NCBI RefSeq assembly: GCF_003018255.1
Contig: NZ_CP027440.1
Source of the DNA: Escherichia coli
GTDB lineage: Bacteria; Pseudomonadota; Gammaproteobacteria; Enterobacterales; Enterobacteriaceae
Direction: 5' to 3' (one strand)
DNA: 64,000 nt
Shown piece after piece: positions 35,240 to 47,470 of this stretch; the stretch's first letter is position 1, and each line of letters opens with the position of its first letter. The notes under the pieces were generated by a model. That model worked only from the letters and a program-made list of their open reading frames with translations, ran no database searches and had not been told where the DNA came from. The translations under genes and the position numbers were made by a program.

Positions 35240-36098
35240 AATTATGATTACGCATTACCCCTTCCTGAACGGTCGAGGCAACCAGCACGCCATCCTGGGT
35301 ATAAAACTCACCGCGCACAAAGCCGCGAGCGCTGGACGCCGAGGTGCTCTCCACGCTATACAGCAGCCATTCATTCAAATTAAACGGGCGATGGAACCAC
35401 ATGGAATGGTCAATGGTGGCAATCTGAATCCCCGGTTCGAGAAAACCGATGCCGTGCGGCTGTAAAGCTACCGGCAGGAAATTAAGATCAGAAGCGTAAC
35501 CGAGCAGATACTGATGAACGCGCAGATCATCCGGCACGTTACCATTTGCGCGGATCCACACCTGACGATGCGGTTCTGCGACGTGCCCTTTCAGTGGGTT
35601 ATGAAACTCCACCGGACGGACTTCAAGCGGACGATCGCAGATGAATTTATCTTTCAGCACTGGCGGCAGCAGGTGCGCCAGCGATTGGGCGATTTGCGTT
35701 TCCGAAGGCAGGCCATCAGGCGCTGGCGCGGACGGCATTGTTTTTTGATGTTCGAAACCCGCTTCTGGTGCCTGGAAAGAGGCAGTCATATAAAAAATCG
35801 GTTTGCCGTTTTGAATAGCAGCAACCCGGCGGGCGCTGAAGCTGTTACCGTCACGCAGCGTTTCGACATCATAAATAATCGGCTTCTTACTATCGCCTGG
35901 GCGAAGAAAGTAGCTGTGAAACGAATGTACCAGCCGCTCTTCAGGGACGGTCTCTTTTGCAGCATACAAGGCCTGACCCACGACCTGGCCGCCAAACACC
36001 TGGCGTAAACCTAAATCTTCACTCTGGCCGCGAAAGAGTCCTTCCTCAATTTTTTCCAGATTTAACAATGTCAGTAAATTTTTTAGCGCCTGACTCAT
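35238..36098 (-). CDS. tesB: acyl-CoA thioesterase II
   Basis: Track ORF 35238..36182 trimmed to [20 protein letters not shown] (286 aa). Confidence 0.93.
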   Translation of the reverse strand: MSQALKNLLTLLNLEKIEEGLFRGQSEDLGLRQVFGGQVVGQALYAAKETVPEERLVHSFHSYFLRPGDSKKPIIYDVETLRDGNSFSARRVAAIQNGKPIFYMTASFQAPEAGFEHQKTMPSAPAPDGLPSETQIAQSLAHLLPPVLKDKFICDRPLEVRPVEFHNPLKGHVAEPHRQVWIRANGNVPDDLRVHQYLLGYASDLNFLPVALQPHGIGFLEPGIQIATIDHSMWFHRPFNLNEWLLYSVESTSASSARGFVRGEFYTQDGVLVASTVQEGVMRNHN

Positions 36099-36315
36099 AT
36101 AACTCTCCAGTAACAAAGCTGCCGCAGCAAGCCAAAGTGAGTTGAGTATAACGCAAATTTGCCACTGGTCCGATGGGTGCAATGGTCTGAATTACGGGCT
36201 AATTACAGGCAGAAATGCGTGATGTGTGCCACACTTGTTGACGTTACTATTTTGTTAACCACTCTTCCGGCGAGGAAAGTTAGCCCGCTGGTGCATTGAT
36301 AATAAGGAGAAGTGA

Positions 36316-36885
36316 ATGAAACTCGTGCACATGGCCAGTGGTTTAGCGGTTGCGATTGCGTTGGCGGCTTGCGCAGATAAAAGCGCGGATATTCAGACGC
36401 CAGCACCGGCTGCAAATACGTCTATTTCAGCAACACAACCTGCTATCCAGCAACCGAATGTCTCCGGTACCGTCTGGATCCGTCAGAAAGTCGCACTGCC
36501 GCCTGATGCTGTGCTGACCGTGACACTTTCTGACGCGTCGTTAGCCGATGCGCCGTCAAAAGTGCTGGCGCAGAAAGCGGTGCGTACCGAAGGTAAACAG
36601 TCACCATTCAGCTTTGTTCTGCCATTTAACCCGGCAGATGTTCAGCCGAACGCGCGTATTCTATTGAGTGCGGCGATTACCGTGAATGACAAACTGGTAT
36701 TTATTACCGATACCGTTCAGCCGGTGATCAATCAGGGCGGAACTAAAGCCGACCTGACATTGGTGCCGGTGCAGCAAACCGCCGTGCCGGTTCAGGCCAG
36801 CGGTGGCGCAACGGCTACCGTACCTTCGACTTCACCAACTCAGGTGAATCCGTCTTCGGCAGTTCCAGCTCCTACGCAATATTAA
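36316..36885 (+). CDS. ybaY: lipoprotein YbaY
   Basis: Track ORF 189 aa; signal peptide with lipobox LAAC; AAGGAGA Shine-Dalgarno 5 nt upstream. Confidence 0.88.
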   Translation: MKLVHMASGLAVAIALAACADKSADIQTPAPAANTSISATQPAIQQPNVSGTVWIRQKVALPPDAVLTVTLSDASLADAPSKVLAQKAVRTEGKQSPFSFVLPFNPADVQPNARILLSAAITVNDKLVFITDTVQPVINQGGTKADLTLVPVQQTAVPVQASGGATATVPSTSPTQVNPSSAVPAPTQY

Positions 36886-36915
36886 GCGCAGTTAACCCTC
36901 TCCGCCCGGAGAGGG

Positions 36916-37305
36916 TTAGTAGTTCCAGCGATAACGCTGCAAGTCGATTTGCCCGCTTCCCGATACCATCACACCTTCTGCCAGTAATGCCTGTCGTTGA
37001 CGCTGTAAATCCGGTCCGGTTAGCGAAATTGTGCCGTGGCGATTAACCACCCGGTGCCAGGGCAAGGTGCTGCCTTCGGGGAGACGCTTTAACACACCGC
37101 CTACCTGGCGCGCGGCGCGCGGCGATCCCGCCAGTTTCGCCACATCACCGTAAGTGGTGACATAGCCTTCGGGAATAGCGGCGACGATTTGCCAGACGCG
37201 TTGGGGAAATGAATCTTCTTTTTCCATCTTTTCTTCCTGAGGTAATTTTTCAGCATAATCTGGAAAAACGCCCGAGTGAAGCCGCATTGCGCAAGAAACC
37301 AGCAT
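36916..37305 (-). CDS. atl: alkyltransferase-like DNA-damage-binding protein (MGMT fold, PWHRV in place of catalytic PCHRV)
   Basis: Track ORF 36916..37326; start at 37305 (129 aa) from recalled protein length, 37326 also possible. Confidence 0.85.
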   Translation of the reverse strand: MLVSCAMRLHSGVFPDYAEKLPQEEKMEKEDSFPQRVWQIVAAIPEGYVTTYGDVAKLAGSPRAARQVGGVLKRLPEGSTLPWHRVVNRHGTISLTGPDLQRQRQALLAEGVMVSGSGQIDLQRYRWNY

Positions 37306-37320
37306 CTGGCACGCAATGGG

Positions 37321-37349
37321 TTGCAATTAGCCGGGGCAGCAGTGATAAT
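37321..37349 (+). promoter_or_regulatory. ffs promoter (TTGCAA-N17-GATAAT)
   Basis: Near-consensus sigma-70 hexamers read about 33 nt upstream of the mature 4.5S 5' end, consistent with a processed leader. Confidence 0.6.
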
Positions 37350-37381
37350 GCGCCTGCGCGTTGGTTCTCAACGCTCTCAAT

Positions 37382-37495
37382 GGGGGCTCTGTTGGTTCTC
37401 CCGCAACGCTACTCTGTTTACCAGGTCAGGTCCGGAAGGAAGCAGCCAAGGCAGATGACGCGTGTGCCGGGATGTAGCTGGCAGGGCCCCCACCC
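37382..37495 (+). ncRNA. ffs: 4.5S RNA (signal recognition particle RNA), 114 nt
   Basis: Sequence GGGGGCUCUGUUGGUUCUCCCGCAACGC...GGCAGGGCCCCCACCC read directly; matches 4.5S RNA including the conserved GGAA tetraloop region. Confidence 0.95.
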
Positions 37496-37605
37496 ATTTC
37501 TGCCTCCCCCCGTTTCGTCAAAAAATCCCAACATGGCTAAACTTTAACCACAACTGACGTCGCAAGAATTGTCTGGCTGCGCAGTACGCTTCGGAGGTAT
37601 GTCTG

Positions 37606-37959
37606 ATGAAGTATGTTGATGGTTTTGTTGTTGCCGTTCCTGCCGATAAAAAGGATGCCTATCGGGAAATGGCCGCTAAGGCCGCGCCATTATTTAAAGA
37701 GTTCGGTGCGCTTCGTATTGTCGAATGCTGGGCCAGCGATGTACCGGATGGTAAAGTGACCGATTTTCGTATGGCGGTGAAAGCGGAAGAGAATGAAGAG
37801 GTTGTCTTTAGCTGGATTGAATACCCTTCAAAAGAGGTCCGCGACGCTGCTAATCAAAAGATGATGTCGGACCCACGGATGAAAGAGTTCGGCGAGTCCA
37901 TGCCGTTTGACGGCAAGCGAATGATCTATGGTGGATTCGAATCAATCATCGACGAGTAG
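37606..37959 (+). CDS. ybaA: DUF1428 family protein YbaA
   Basis: Track ORF 117 aa. Confidence 0.9.
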   Translation: MKYVDGFVVAVPADKKDAYREMAAKAAPLFKEFGALRIVECWASDVPDGKVTDFRMAVKAEENEEVVFSWIEYPSKEVRDAANQKMMSDPRMKEFGESMPFDGKRMIYGGFESIIDE

Positions 37960-38000
37960 GTAGCGTGACGGGCTGTGCGGCGTGCCGTCAGCCCTAAAAT

Positions 38001-39551
38001 TCACAAATGTTGCTCGGCCCAGCGTAAGAAATCCTCTTTCGGTAATGCCTTGCTGTAGAGCCAGCCCTGACCGTAGTGCACGCCATGCTGGCGTAACCAC
38101 TCTTCTTGTTTACTGGTTTCGATTCCCTCCGCTACCATTTTCAGTTTCAGTGTTTTTGCCATTTCGATGATATGCGGCGTGACATTTTTATATTCCAGCG
38201 CATCAACGAAAGATTTATCGATCTTCAGAATGTCGACATCCAGATCCTGTAAATAACTTAAACTTGAATACCCCGTACCAAAATCATCGAGATAAATTTC
38301 ATGGCCCGCCTCCCGGTAGCGAGAAATTATCGGGGCGCTGGTTTTCGGATCGGCAAACTCGCGTTCAGTGAGTTCAAGCGCGATCTGTCTGGGATTAACC
38401 TGATAGTGATTGATCATTTCACGCAGCAATTGCGGGATTTTTTCCGAGGTGAGCACGGTGGATTCAAGATTGATCGAAATATGCTGCTGCGGATGCTGAC
38501 GCAGCCAGTCGCCCATATCTTCGAAGACGCTTCTTATGATCAGTAGCGTCAACGGCTCAGAAAGGCCCGTTTGCTGTGCCAGCGGAATAAAACTATCTGG
38601 TGACAACCAACTACCGTCTGTCTGCGGCCAGCGCGCCAGTGCCTCAGCACCGACAATTTTGCCATTGGCTAAGGAGACAATCGGCTGATAGTGCACGCAA
38701 ATATCACGATTTTCGATAGCATCCTGCAGCCGATGATGCGGTGACTGGATACGGCGCAAAATACGCAGCACAAACATCGCTGCCAGCAGGCCAATCACCA
38801 ACCCGAGCGGTAACCAAATAAAGACTTGCCGATGCCAGCCTTTCTGCAACATTTTCGTTGAAGACCAGGTGATGATCGAAATATTCATTTCCGGGAAGGG
38901 CAGGATATCGTAAATGATTCCATTATTTTCGATATGCTCACCGGGTGTTTTTTGTAGTCTGGTAATAATTCCCTGAGCAATTTCATCGCTGCTGGTTATC
39001 ACAACGTTATGGGCATTGCCAATAATGGCGGCATCAATTTGCCATGAGCTATAGGGAATGACATCAATAAAGGAAGCGGGGTCGATCATGACGACATAAT
39101 GTGCCGTTCCCATGGCAACCATGTAACGGATAATGCCTAAATCGTTATGCGATGTTAACCAGACACGATAACCATCTTTCGAAATTTTACCTGGCTCGGG
39201 GAAGGTATCGGGCGGGCTTTCATGCTCCAGAGACGAACACTGGGGAACGTTGTTATCGATATAAACCACTTCCTGAATATAGCGATAACTGTAAGATACC
39301 CGACGCATTTCCATGAGATGGGCTTCGCTACAGGCAGCGCCTTGCCATCTTTCCAGCTCTTGCAGCGCATCTTTCCCTTGTGTCGCCACCTTATTGGCCC
39401 GAATAGCGACGCGGGAGGAATACGTATTCAGCTCTTCAATAAATGATGTTTCTACCTGCTGATGGGCCAGCCAGATGCTTAAGCCGACAGGCAGCAATAC
39501 TGAAAGAATCAGTACTCCCGAAATAAGGCCGACCAGATGTCGTGTTCTCAC
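38001..39551 (-). CDS. pdeB: c-di-GMP phosphodiesterase PdeB (membrane CSS-EAL type; formerly YlaB)
   Basis: Track ORF 38001..39557; EAL motif in VGAEALARW; N-terminal TM helix; GTG start at 39551 (516 aa) from recalled protein length. Confidence 0.88.
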   Translation of the reverse strand: MRTRHLVGLISGVLILSVLLPVGLSIWLAHQQVETSFIEELNTYSSRVAIRANKVATQGKDALQELERWQGAACSEAHLMEMRRVSYSYRYIQEVVYIDNNVPQCSSLEHESPPDTFPEPGKISKDGYRVWLTSHNDLGIIRYMVAMGTAHYVVMIDPASFIDVIPYSSWQIDAAIIGNAHNVVITSSDEIAQGIITRLQKTPGEHIENNGIIYDILPFPEMNISIITWSSTKMLQKGWHRQVFIWLPLGLVIGLLAAMFVLRILRRIQSPHHRLQDAIENRDICVHYQPIVSLANGKIVGAEALARWPQTDGSWLSPDSFIPLAQQTGLSEPLTLLIIRSVFEDMGDWLRQHPQQHISINLESTVLTSEKIPQLLREMINHYQVNPRQIALELTEREFADPKTSAPIISRYREAGHEIYLDDFGTGYSSLSYLQDLDVDILKIDKSFVDALEYKNVTPHIIEMAKTLKLKMVAEGIETSKQEEWLRQHGVHYGQGWLYSKALPKEDFLRWAEQHL

Positions 39552-39714
39552 CAGCATATCCTTATTAACACAGTGTAGGGAAAGTATATCTGATTGTGGA
39601 AAAAGGCTGGCAGGAGATAAGGAGGTAGAGCCGGGATTTCATGAAGGGATGGGTGGAAACGAACGTTGTCATTTGACCAGGCGCAGAGCTTTACGCCTGG
39701 TATGTAACCCTAAC

Positions 39715-40185
39715 TTAAGATGTTGATTCGGCGCGAGCGAGGGTAAAAATATCGTAAAAAGATAGTTCACCTTTACGGACGATCATTTTTTGCAGTTGTT
39801 CTTTATGAACATCCGCGACACGCGGAGAGTTCAGGATGGCTTCAACTAGCGCGGCAGGTACAAAGCGCGTGTTGTACCATTCGCCGTTATAGCAAACGCG
39901 GAAATCCAGCACGTCGATATCTTCATAGCGGTAGCGTGGGTAGACATCGAAAAAGAAGAAACCATTAAGCAGGATAAATAATACAACCAGTAGCCAGACA
40001 GAGCCTGAAAGCGTTTCGGACTGCAACATCACTGCCAGGGTGGCAAAAAAAGCAACGTACATACCGATAAACAACCCCGGATGTTTACGGATAAAACTGA
40101 TACTAAAGCGGGGTTTGTTGTCGCGTTTTTCGCGGGTATTTAGAGACTCAATTGTTTCGGTCAGCAGGCGTTGTATTTCGGTCAT
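39715..40185 (-). CDS. ylaC: inner membrane protein YlaC
   Basis: Track ORF 39715..40224 trimmed to [15 protein letters not shown] (156 aa). Confidence 0.88.
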
Positions 40186-40300
40186 CGTTTGCCTTCGTGG
40201 TATCTGCAACTTTCCAGGGAACACCCTATTTTAACGTGGGAATAGTAGAGGGAAAGTAACAGATTTACCACAATTTTGCATAACAGTTGCGAAAAACCGA

Positions 40301-40852
40301 TTACAATTTTTTAATTATTCTGGCTGGATTACCGCCCACGACAACGTTGTCCGGGACATCTTTTGTGACAACTGCACCTGAGGCTACCACGACGTTATCA
40401 CCAATGGTCACACCAGGGTTAATGACCGCACGTCCGCCAATCCAGACGTTATTACCGATGGTGACGGGTTTCCCCAGTTCAGCACCGCTATTACGTGCTA
40501 CAGGGTCGATGGGATGTGTTGCCGTGTAGATATGAACGCCTGGTGCCAACATACAGTTATCACCAATGCGAATAGGGCAGACATCAAGCATCACGCAATC
40601 GAAGTTGGCGAAAAAATTATTGCCGAGAAAAATGTTATAACCATAGTCACAGCGAAACGTTGGCTCAATATAAGCCTCTGTCACCTGACCGAATAAATCA
40701 GCAAGAATTTGCTGGCGTAATGTGTGCTCTTCCGCCAGGGAATGATTGTATCGGTGAATAAGCCGACGAGCGCGCAGGCGATCGCGAGATAACGCCTCAT
40801 CTGCCGAGTGATACAACTCACCAGCAATCATCTTTTCTTTTTCTGTGCTCAT
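40301..40852 (-). CDS. maa: maltose O-acetyltransferase
   Basis: Track ORF 183 aa; left-handed beta-helix hexapeptide repeats. Confidence 0.95.
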   Translation of the reverse strand: MSTEKEKMIAGELYHSADEALSRDRLRARRLIHRYNHSLAEEHTLRQQILADLFGQVTEAYIEPTFRCDYGYNIFLGNNFFANFDCVMLDVCPIRIGDNCMLAPGVHIYTATHPIDPVARNSGAELGKPVTIGNNVWIGGRAVINPGVTIGDNVVVASGAVVTKDVPDNVVVGGNPARIIKKL

Positions 40853-40930
40853 TACTGACCTCCGGTTGCTGAAAATGCGGCAACACAGTAAGACGAAAAG
40901 TCAGTGAAGAGAACGTTCCCATTACATCTG

Positions 40931-40946
40931 TGTGATGAAGATCACA
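40931..40946. promoter_or_regulatory. CRP consensus box TGTGA-N6-TCACA (TGTGATGAAGATCACA) upstream of maa
   Basis: Exact match to both CRP half-sites read from sequence, about 80-95 nt upstream of maa ATG. Confidence 0.6.
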
Positions 40947-41024
40947 TAGGGTATGCCTTCATGGCGAAAGAATTATAAAACTCTTAATAAACAGCCGGTT
41001 ATAGCTCCGAAAGCGAGTTATTTA

Positions 41025-41243
41025 TTAGCGAATAAATTTCCATACTGAGGAAGGGATCTTGTCGTACAGTTTATTCATGGTCAATTCGGCGAGGCGGTGA
41101 TCTGCGGCTGAGTAAAATACCGCCAGTTCATTATCTGATAATTCGTATTTATTTTTCTCGATAACACGCTCCAGCGTGTCAATTGTCTGGCAACGACGTA
41201 AACGCATTAAATAATCGGTTTTTGTTAAAGGTTTTTCGGACAT
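41025..41243 (-). CDS. hha: haemolysin expression-modulating protein Hha
   Basis: Track ORF 41025..41489 trimmed to [22 protein letters not shown] (72 aa). Confidence 0.95.
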
Positions 41244-41268
41244 ACTTCTACCCATGGTTGTAATAATT

Positions 41269-41643
41269 CTAACAAGATAAACTCGCAGGATTCTCTTTCG
41301 TCGCATTGACAAAACAACGGAATAGTCGATTACCTGACTTCCGCCATTTCTGAAGATCCTGCATATTAATACCATAACTACTGAACAACATAAAGGTGTC
41401 ATCCAGATATTCGTCGATCTGCTCAATGAGCTTATTGTCTTCATTATACTTAATTTTGTAATTAAGTGCGAAGGTCGCAATATGCTCAATCAGTTCATTC
41501 AACTGGAGGTTGATCGCCGAGGTTGGGTCGTTAACCCAGCCATGATTGCTTTCTTCAAGGTTTGCAAGACAGTCATGATACAGGGTTTCACAGAGAAACT
41601 TAAGCTGCGCGATATCATGTCTTTTGGGTGAGTATTCATCCAT
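41269..41643 (-). CDS. tomB: Hha toxicity modulator TomB
   Basis: Track ORF 124 aa; 25 nt upstream of hha (tomB-hha operon). Confidence 0.93.
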
Positions 41644-42144
41644 AACGCGTCCCCTTCTTAGCGGTTGAACTAACGGACACCTTTCGGGATGGAAAAAACT
41701 TACTGACCTGGACTTGCCCTCTCGTTTGTTAGCTTAACTATAAGCCACTCTTTGCAGGTTTTCATCGCATTATTACGAAAAATTACAATTAGGAAGGAAG
41801 CGGGACAGGACTCACTTTTTCATACTAGCACTAACCCGCAGCAGGTAAAAGCAGTTTGCTCGAACTGTTCATAACATTTCAGGATTATCGCCAGATGAAA
41901 TTGGTAACACTAATACCAGGATTGCTCTGAATATGACGTAATAACCGAGGAATGAATAAAGAATTACCGTAAATAATTAAGAATAGCCTCTAAATGATTA
42001 TGGATTATTAAATCTATTAGCGCTACTTAATATAAATTAACTAACAATCAGTATTTTTTATGAATTTTATACGTGTTTAATACTGGTTTTCGTATGAGAT
42101 CCTGAGTTGGTGGTTCAATGACTCCTTAATGTTCGTCGGTTATG

Positions 42145-42170
42145 CATAAAAAAGGCCGCTTGCGCGGCCT
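42145..42170 (-). terminator. Rho-independent terminator after acrB
   Basis: AGGCCGC-ttgc-GCGGCCT stem; on the minus-strand transcript it is followed by a U5 run (A5 at 42148-42152 on plus). Confidence 0.8.
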
Positions 42171-42188
42171 TAGTGATTACACGTTGTA

Positions 42189-45341
<3,153 letters not shown>

Positions 45342-45360
45342 TTAACGGCTCCTGTTTAAG

Positions 45361-46554
45361 TTAAGACTTGGACTGTTCAGGCTGAGCACCGCTTGCGGCT
45401 TGCTGGTTATTATCAGCGGTAACTTCTTGTGCTTTTACCTGGACACCAGGACGCACTTTCTGCAGCCCACTTATTACTACGCGATCGCCTGCTTTCAGAC
45501 CTTCTGTCACCAGCCACTTATCGCCGATAGCCTGGCTTGCAACGATCGGACGGGTTTCCACTTTGTCATCCGCGCCAACCACCAGTACGGTGGCATCGCC
45601 ACGCGGCGTACGGGTTACGCCCTGTTGCGGGACTAAAATAGCGTTTGGATTAAGCCCTTCTTCCAGACGTGCACGTACGAACATACCCGGCAGCAGAGTG
45701 TGATCCGGGTTCGGGAAGATAGCGCGTAGGGTGATAGACCCGGTGGTCTGATCAACGGTAACGTCAGAGAATTCCAGCGTACCGTCCTGCGGGAACTTAA
45801 TGCCGTCACTGGTGATCAGCGACACTTTGGCTTTGCCGTTCTCTTGTTTCAGCGTGCCATTTGCCAGTTCCTGTTTCAGGCGCAGGAAGTCGTTGCTGGA
45901 CTGGGTCACATCAACGTAGATCGGATCAAGTTGCTGCACGGTTGCCAGCGCAGTCGCCTGACCGTTCTGTACCAATGCGCCTTCTGTCACGTTCGACTTA
46001 CCAATGCGACCGCTAATCGGAGAGGTAACTTTGGTGTAAGCCAGATTGATTCGCGCAGTTTCAACGGCAGCTTTCGCCGCAGTTACCGCAGCATTCGCCT
46101 GTTGCGCATCAGCCAGAGCCTGATCGTACTCTTGTTTACTGATGTACTGAGTACCGAGCAGTTTCTGATAACGATTCACCGTCAATTGCGCGATATTTGC
46201 TGCAGCCTGGGCTTTCGCCAGATCACCTTTCGCACTGTCGTATGCCGCCTGATAGGTCGCAGGATCAATCTGATAGAGAGAGACACCTGCTTCGATGTCG
46301 CTACCTTCTTTGAAATTACGCTTCAGGATAATCCCGCTAACTTGAGGACGAACTTCTGCGATCCGGTAGGCACTGGTGCGACCCGGAAGCTCGGTTGTGA
46401 TCTGCAGAGGTTCAGTTTTGACTGTTACTACGCCAACGGCGGGCATCTGCTGGCCACCTTGTTGGGCCTGTTTGTCGTCACATCCTGTTAGGGCTAAGCT
46501 GCCTGAGAGCATCAGAACGACCGCCAGAGGCGTAAACCCTCTGTTTTTGTTCAT
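45361..46554 (-). CDS. acrA: periplasmic adaptor (membrane fusion) protein
   Basis: Track ORF 45361..46590 trimmed to MNKNRGFTPLAVVLMLSGSLALTGC (397 aa, lipobox). Confidence 0.96.
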   Translation of the reverse strand: MNKNRGFTPLAVVLMLSGSLALTGCDDKQAQQGGQQMPAVGVVTVKTEPLQITTELPGRTSAYRIAEVRPQVSGIILKRNFKEGSDIEAGVSLYQIDPATYQAAYDSAKGDLAKAQAAANIAQLTVNRYQKLLGTQYISKQEYDQALADAQQANAAVTAAKAAVETARINLAYTKVTSPISGRIGKSNVTEGALVQNGQATALATVQQLDPIYVDVTQSSNDFLRLKQELANGTLKQENGKAKVSLITSDGIKFPQDGTLEFSDVTVDQTTGSITLRAIFPNPDHTLLPGMFVRARLEEGLNPNAILVPQQGVTRTPRGDATVLVVGADDKVETRPIVASQAIGDKWLVTEGLKAGDRVVISGLQKVRPGVQVKAQEVTADNNQQAASGAQPEQSKS

Positions 46555-46643
46555 ATGTAAACCTCGAGTGTCCGATTTCAAATTGGTCAATGGTCAAAAG
46601 TTAATAAACCCATTGCTGCGTTTATATTATCGTCGTGCTATGG

Positions 46644-46667
46644 TACATACATTCACAAATGTATGTA
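46644..46667. promoter_or_regulatory. AcrR operator, 24-bp palindrome TACATACATTCACAAATGTATGTA
   Basis: Inverted repeat (10-bp arms) read in the divergent acrA/acrR spacer, 28 nt upstream of acrR ATG. Confidence 0.8.
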
Positions 46668-46695
46668 AATCTAACGCCTGTAAATTCACGAACAT

Positions 46696-47343
46696 ATGGC
46701 ACGAAAAACCAAACAAGAAGCGCAAGAAACGCGCCAACACATCCTCGATGTGGCTCTACGTCTTTTCTCACAGCAGGGGGTATCATCCACCTCGCTGGGC
46801 GAGATTGCAAAAGCAGCTGGCGTTACGCGCGGTGCAATCTACTGGCATTTTAAAGACAAGTCGGATTTGTTCAGTGAGATCTGGGAACTGTCAGAATCCA
46901 ATATTGGTGAACTCGAGCTTGAGTATCAGGCAAAATTCCCTGGCGATCCACTCTCAGTATTAAGAGAGATATTAATTCATGTTCTTGAATCCACGGTGAC
47001 AGAAGAACGGCGTCGATTATTGATGGAGATTATATTCCACAAATGCGAATTTGTCGGAGAAATGGCTGTTGTGCAACAGGCACAACGTAATCTCTGTCTG
47101 GAAAGTTATGACCGTATAGAACAAACGTTAAAACATTGTATTGAAGCGAAAATGTTGCCTGCGGATTTAATGACGCGTCGGGCAGCAATTATTATGCGCG
47201 GCTATATTTCCGGCCTGATGGAAAACTGGCTCTTTGCCCCGCAATCTTTTGATCTTAAAAAAGAAGCCCGCGATTACGTCGCCATCTTACTGGAGATGTA
47301 TCTCCTGTGTCCCACGCTTCGTAACCCTTCCATTACCGAATAA
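46696..47343 (+). CDS. acrR: TetR-family repressor of acrAB
   Basis: Track ORF 215 aa; N-terminal HTH. Confidence 0.96.
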   Translation: MARKTKQEAQETRQHILDVALRLFSQQGVSSTSLGEIAKAAGVTRGAIYWHFKDKSDLFSEIWELSESNIGELELEYQAKFPGDPLSVLREILIHVLESTVTEERRRLLMEIIFHKCEFVGEMAVVQQAQRNLCLESYDRIEQTLKHCIEAKMLPADLMTRRAAIIMRGYISGLMENWLFAPQSFDLKKEARDYVAILLEMYLLCPTLRNPSITE

Positions 47344-47470
47344 CCCTGAATCTGACTCCAGGATTTTTCCTGGACATTTTCGTCGTTGCTATTCTGGTTC
47401 ACTGCGTCGTGATATTCTTGCGGTTTGACTTTTTCAGGTCGTTCTTCAGGTTCAGAAACCTTCATTCATC

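Noticed and set aside
36203-36415. 70-aa minus-strand ORF across the tesB-ybaY divergent promoter region
   Set aside because: Overlaps the ybaY start and promoter; no supporting signals.
37209-37547. ORFs 37209-37547 (+) and 37276-37458 (+)
   Set aside because: Overlap the ffs 4.5S RNA gene and its promoter; the RNA identity is unambiguous.
47274-47465. 63-aa minus-strand ORF overlapping the acrR 3' end and acrR-mscK spacer
   Set aside because: Antisense to acrR for most of its length; no start context.
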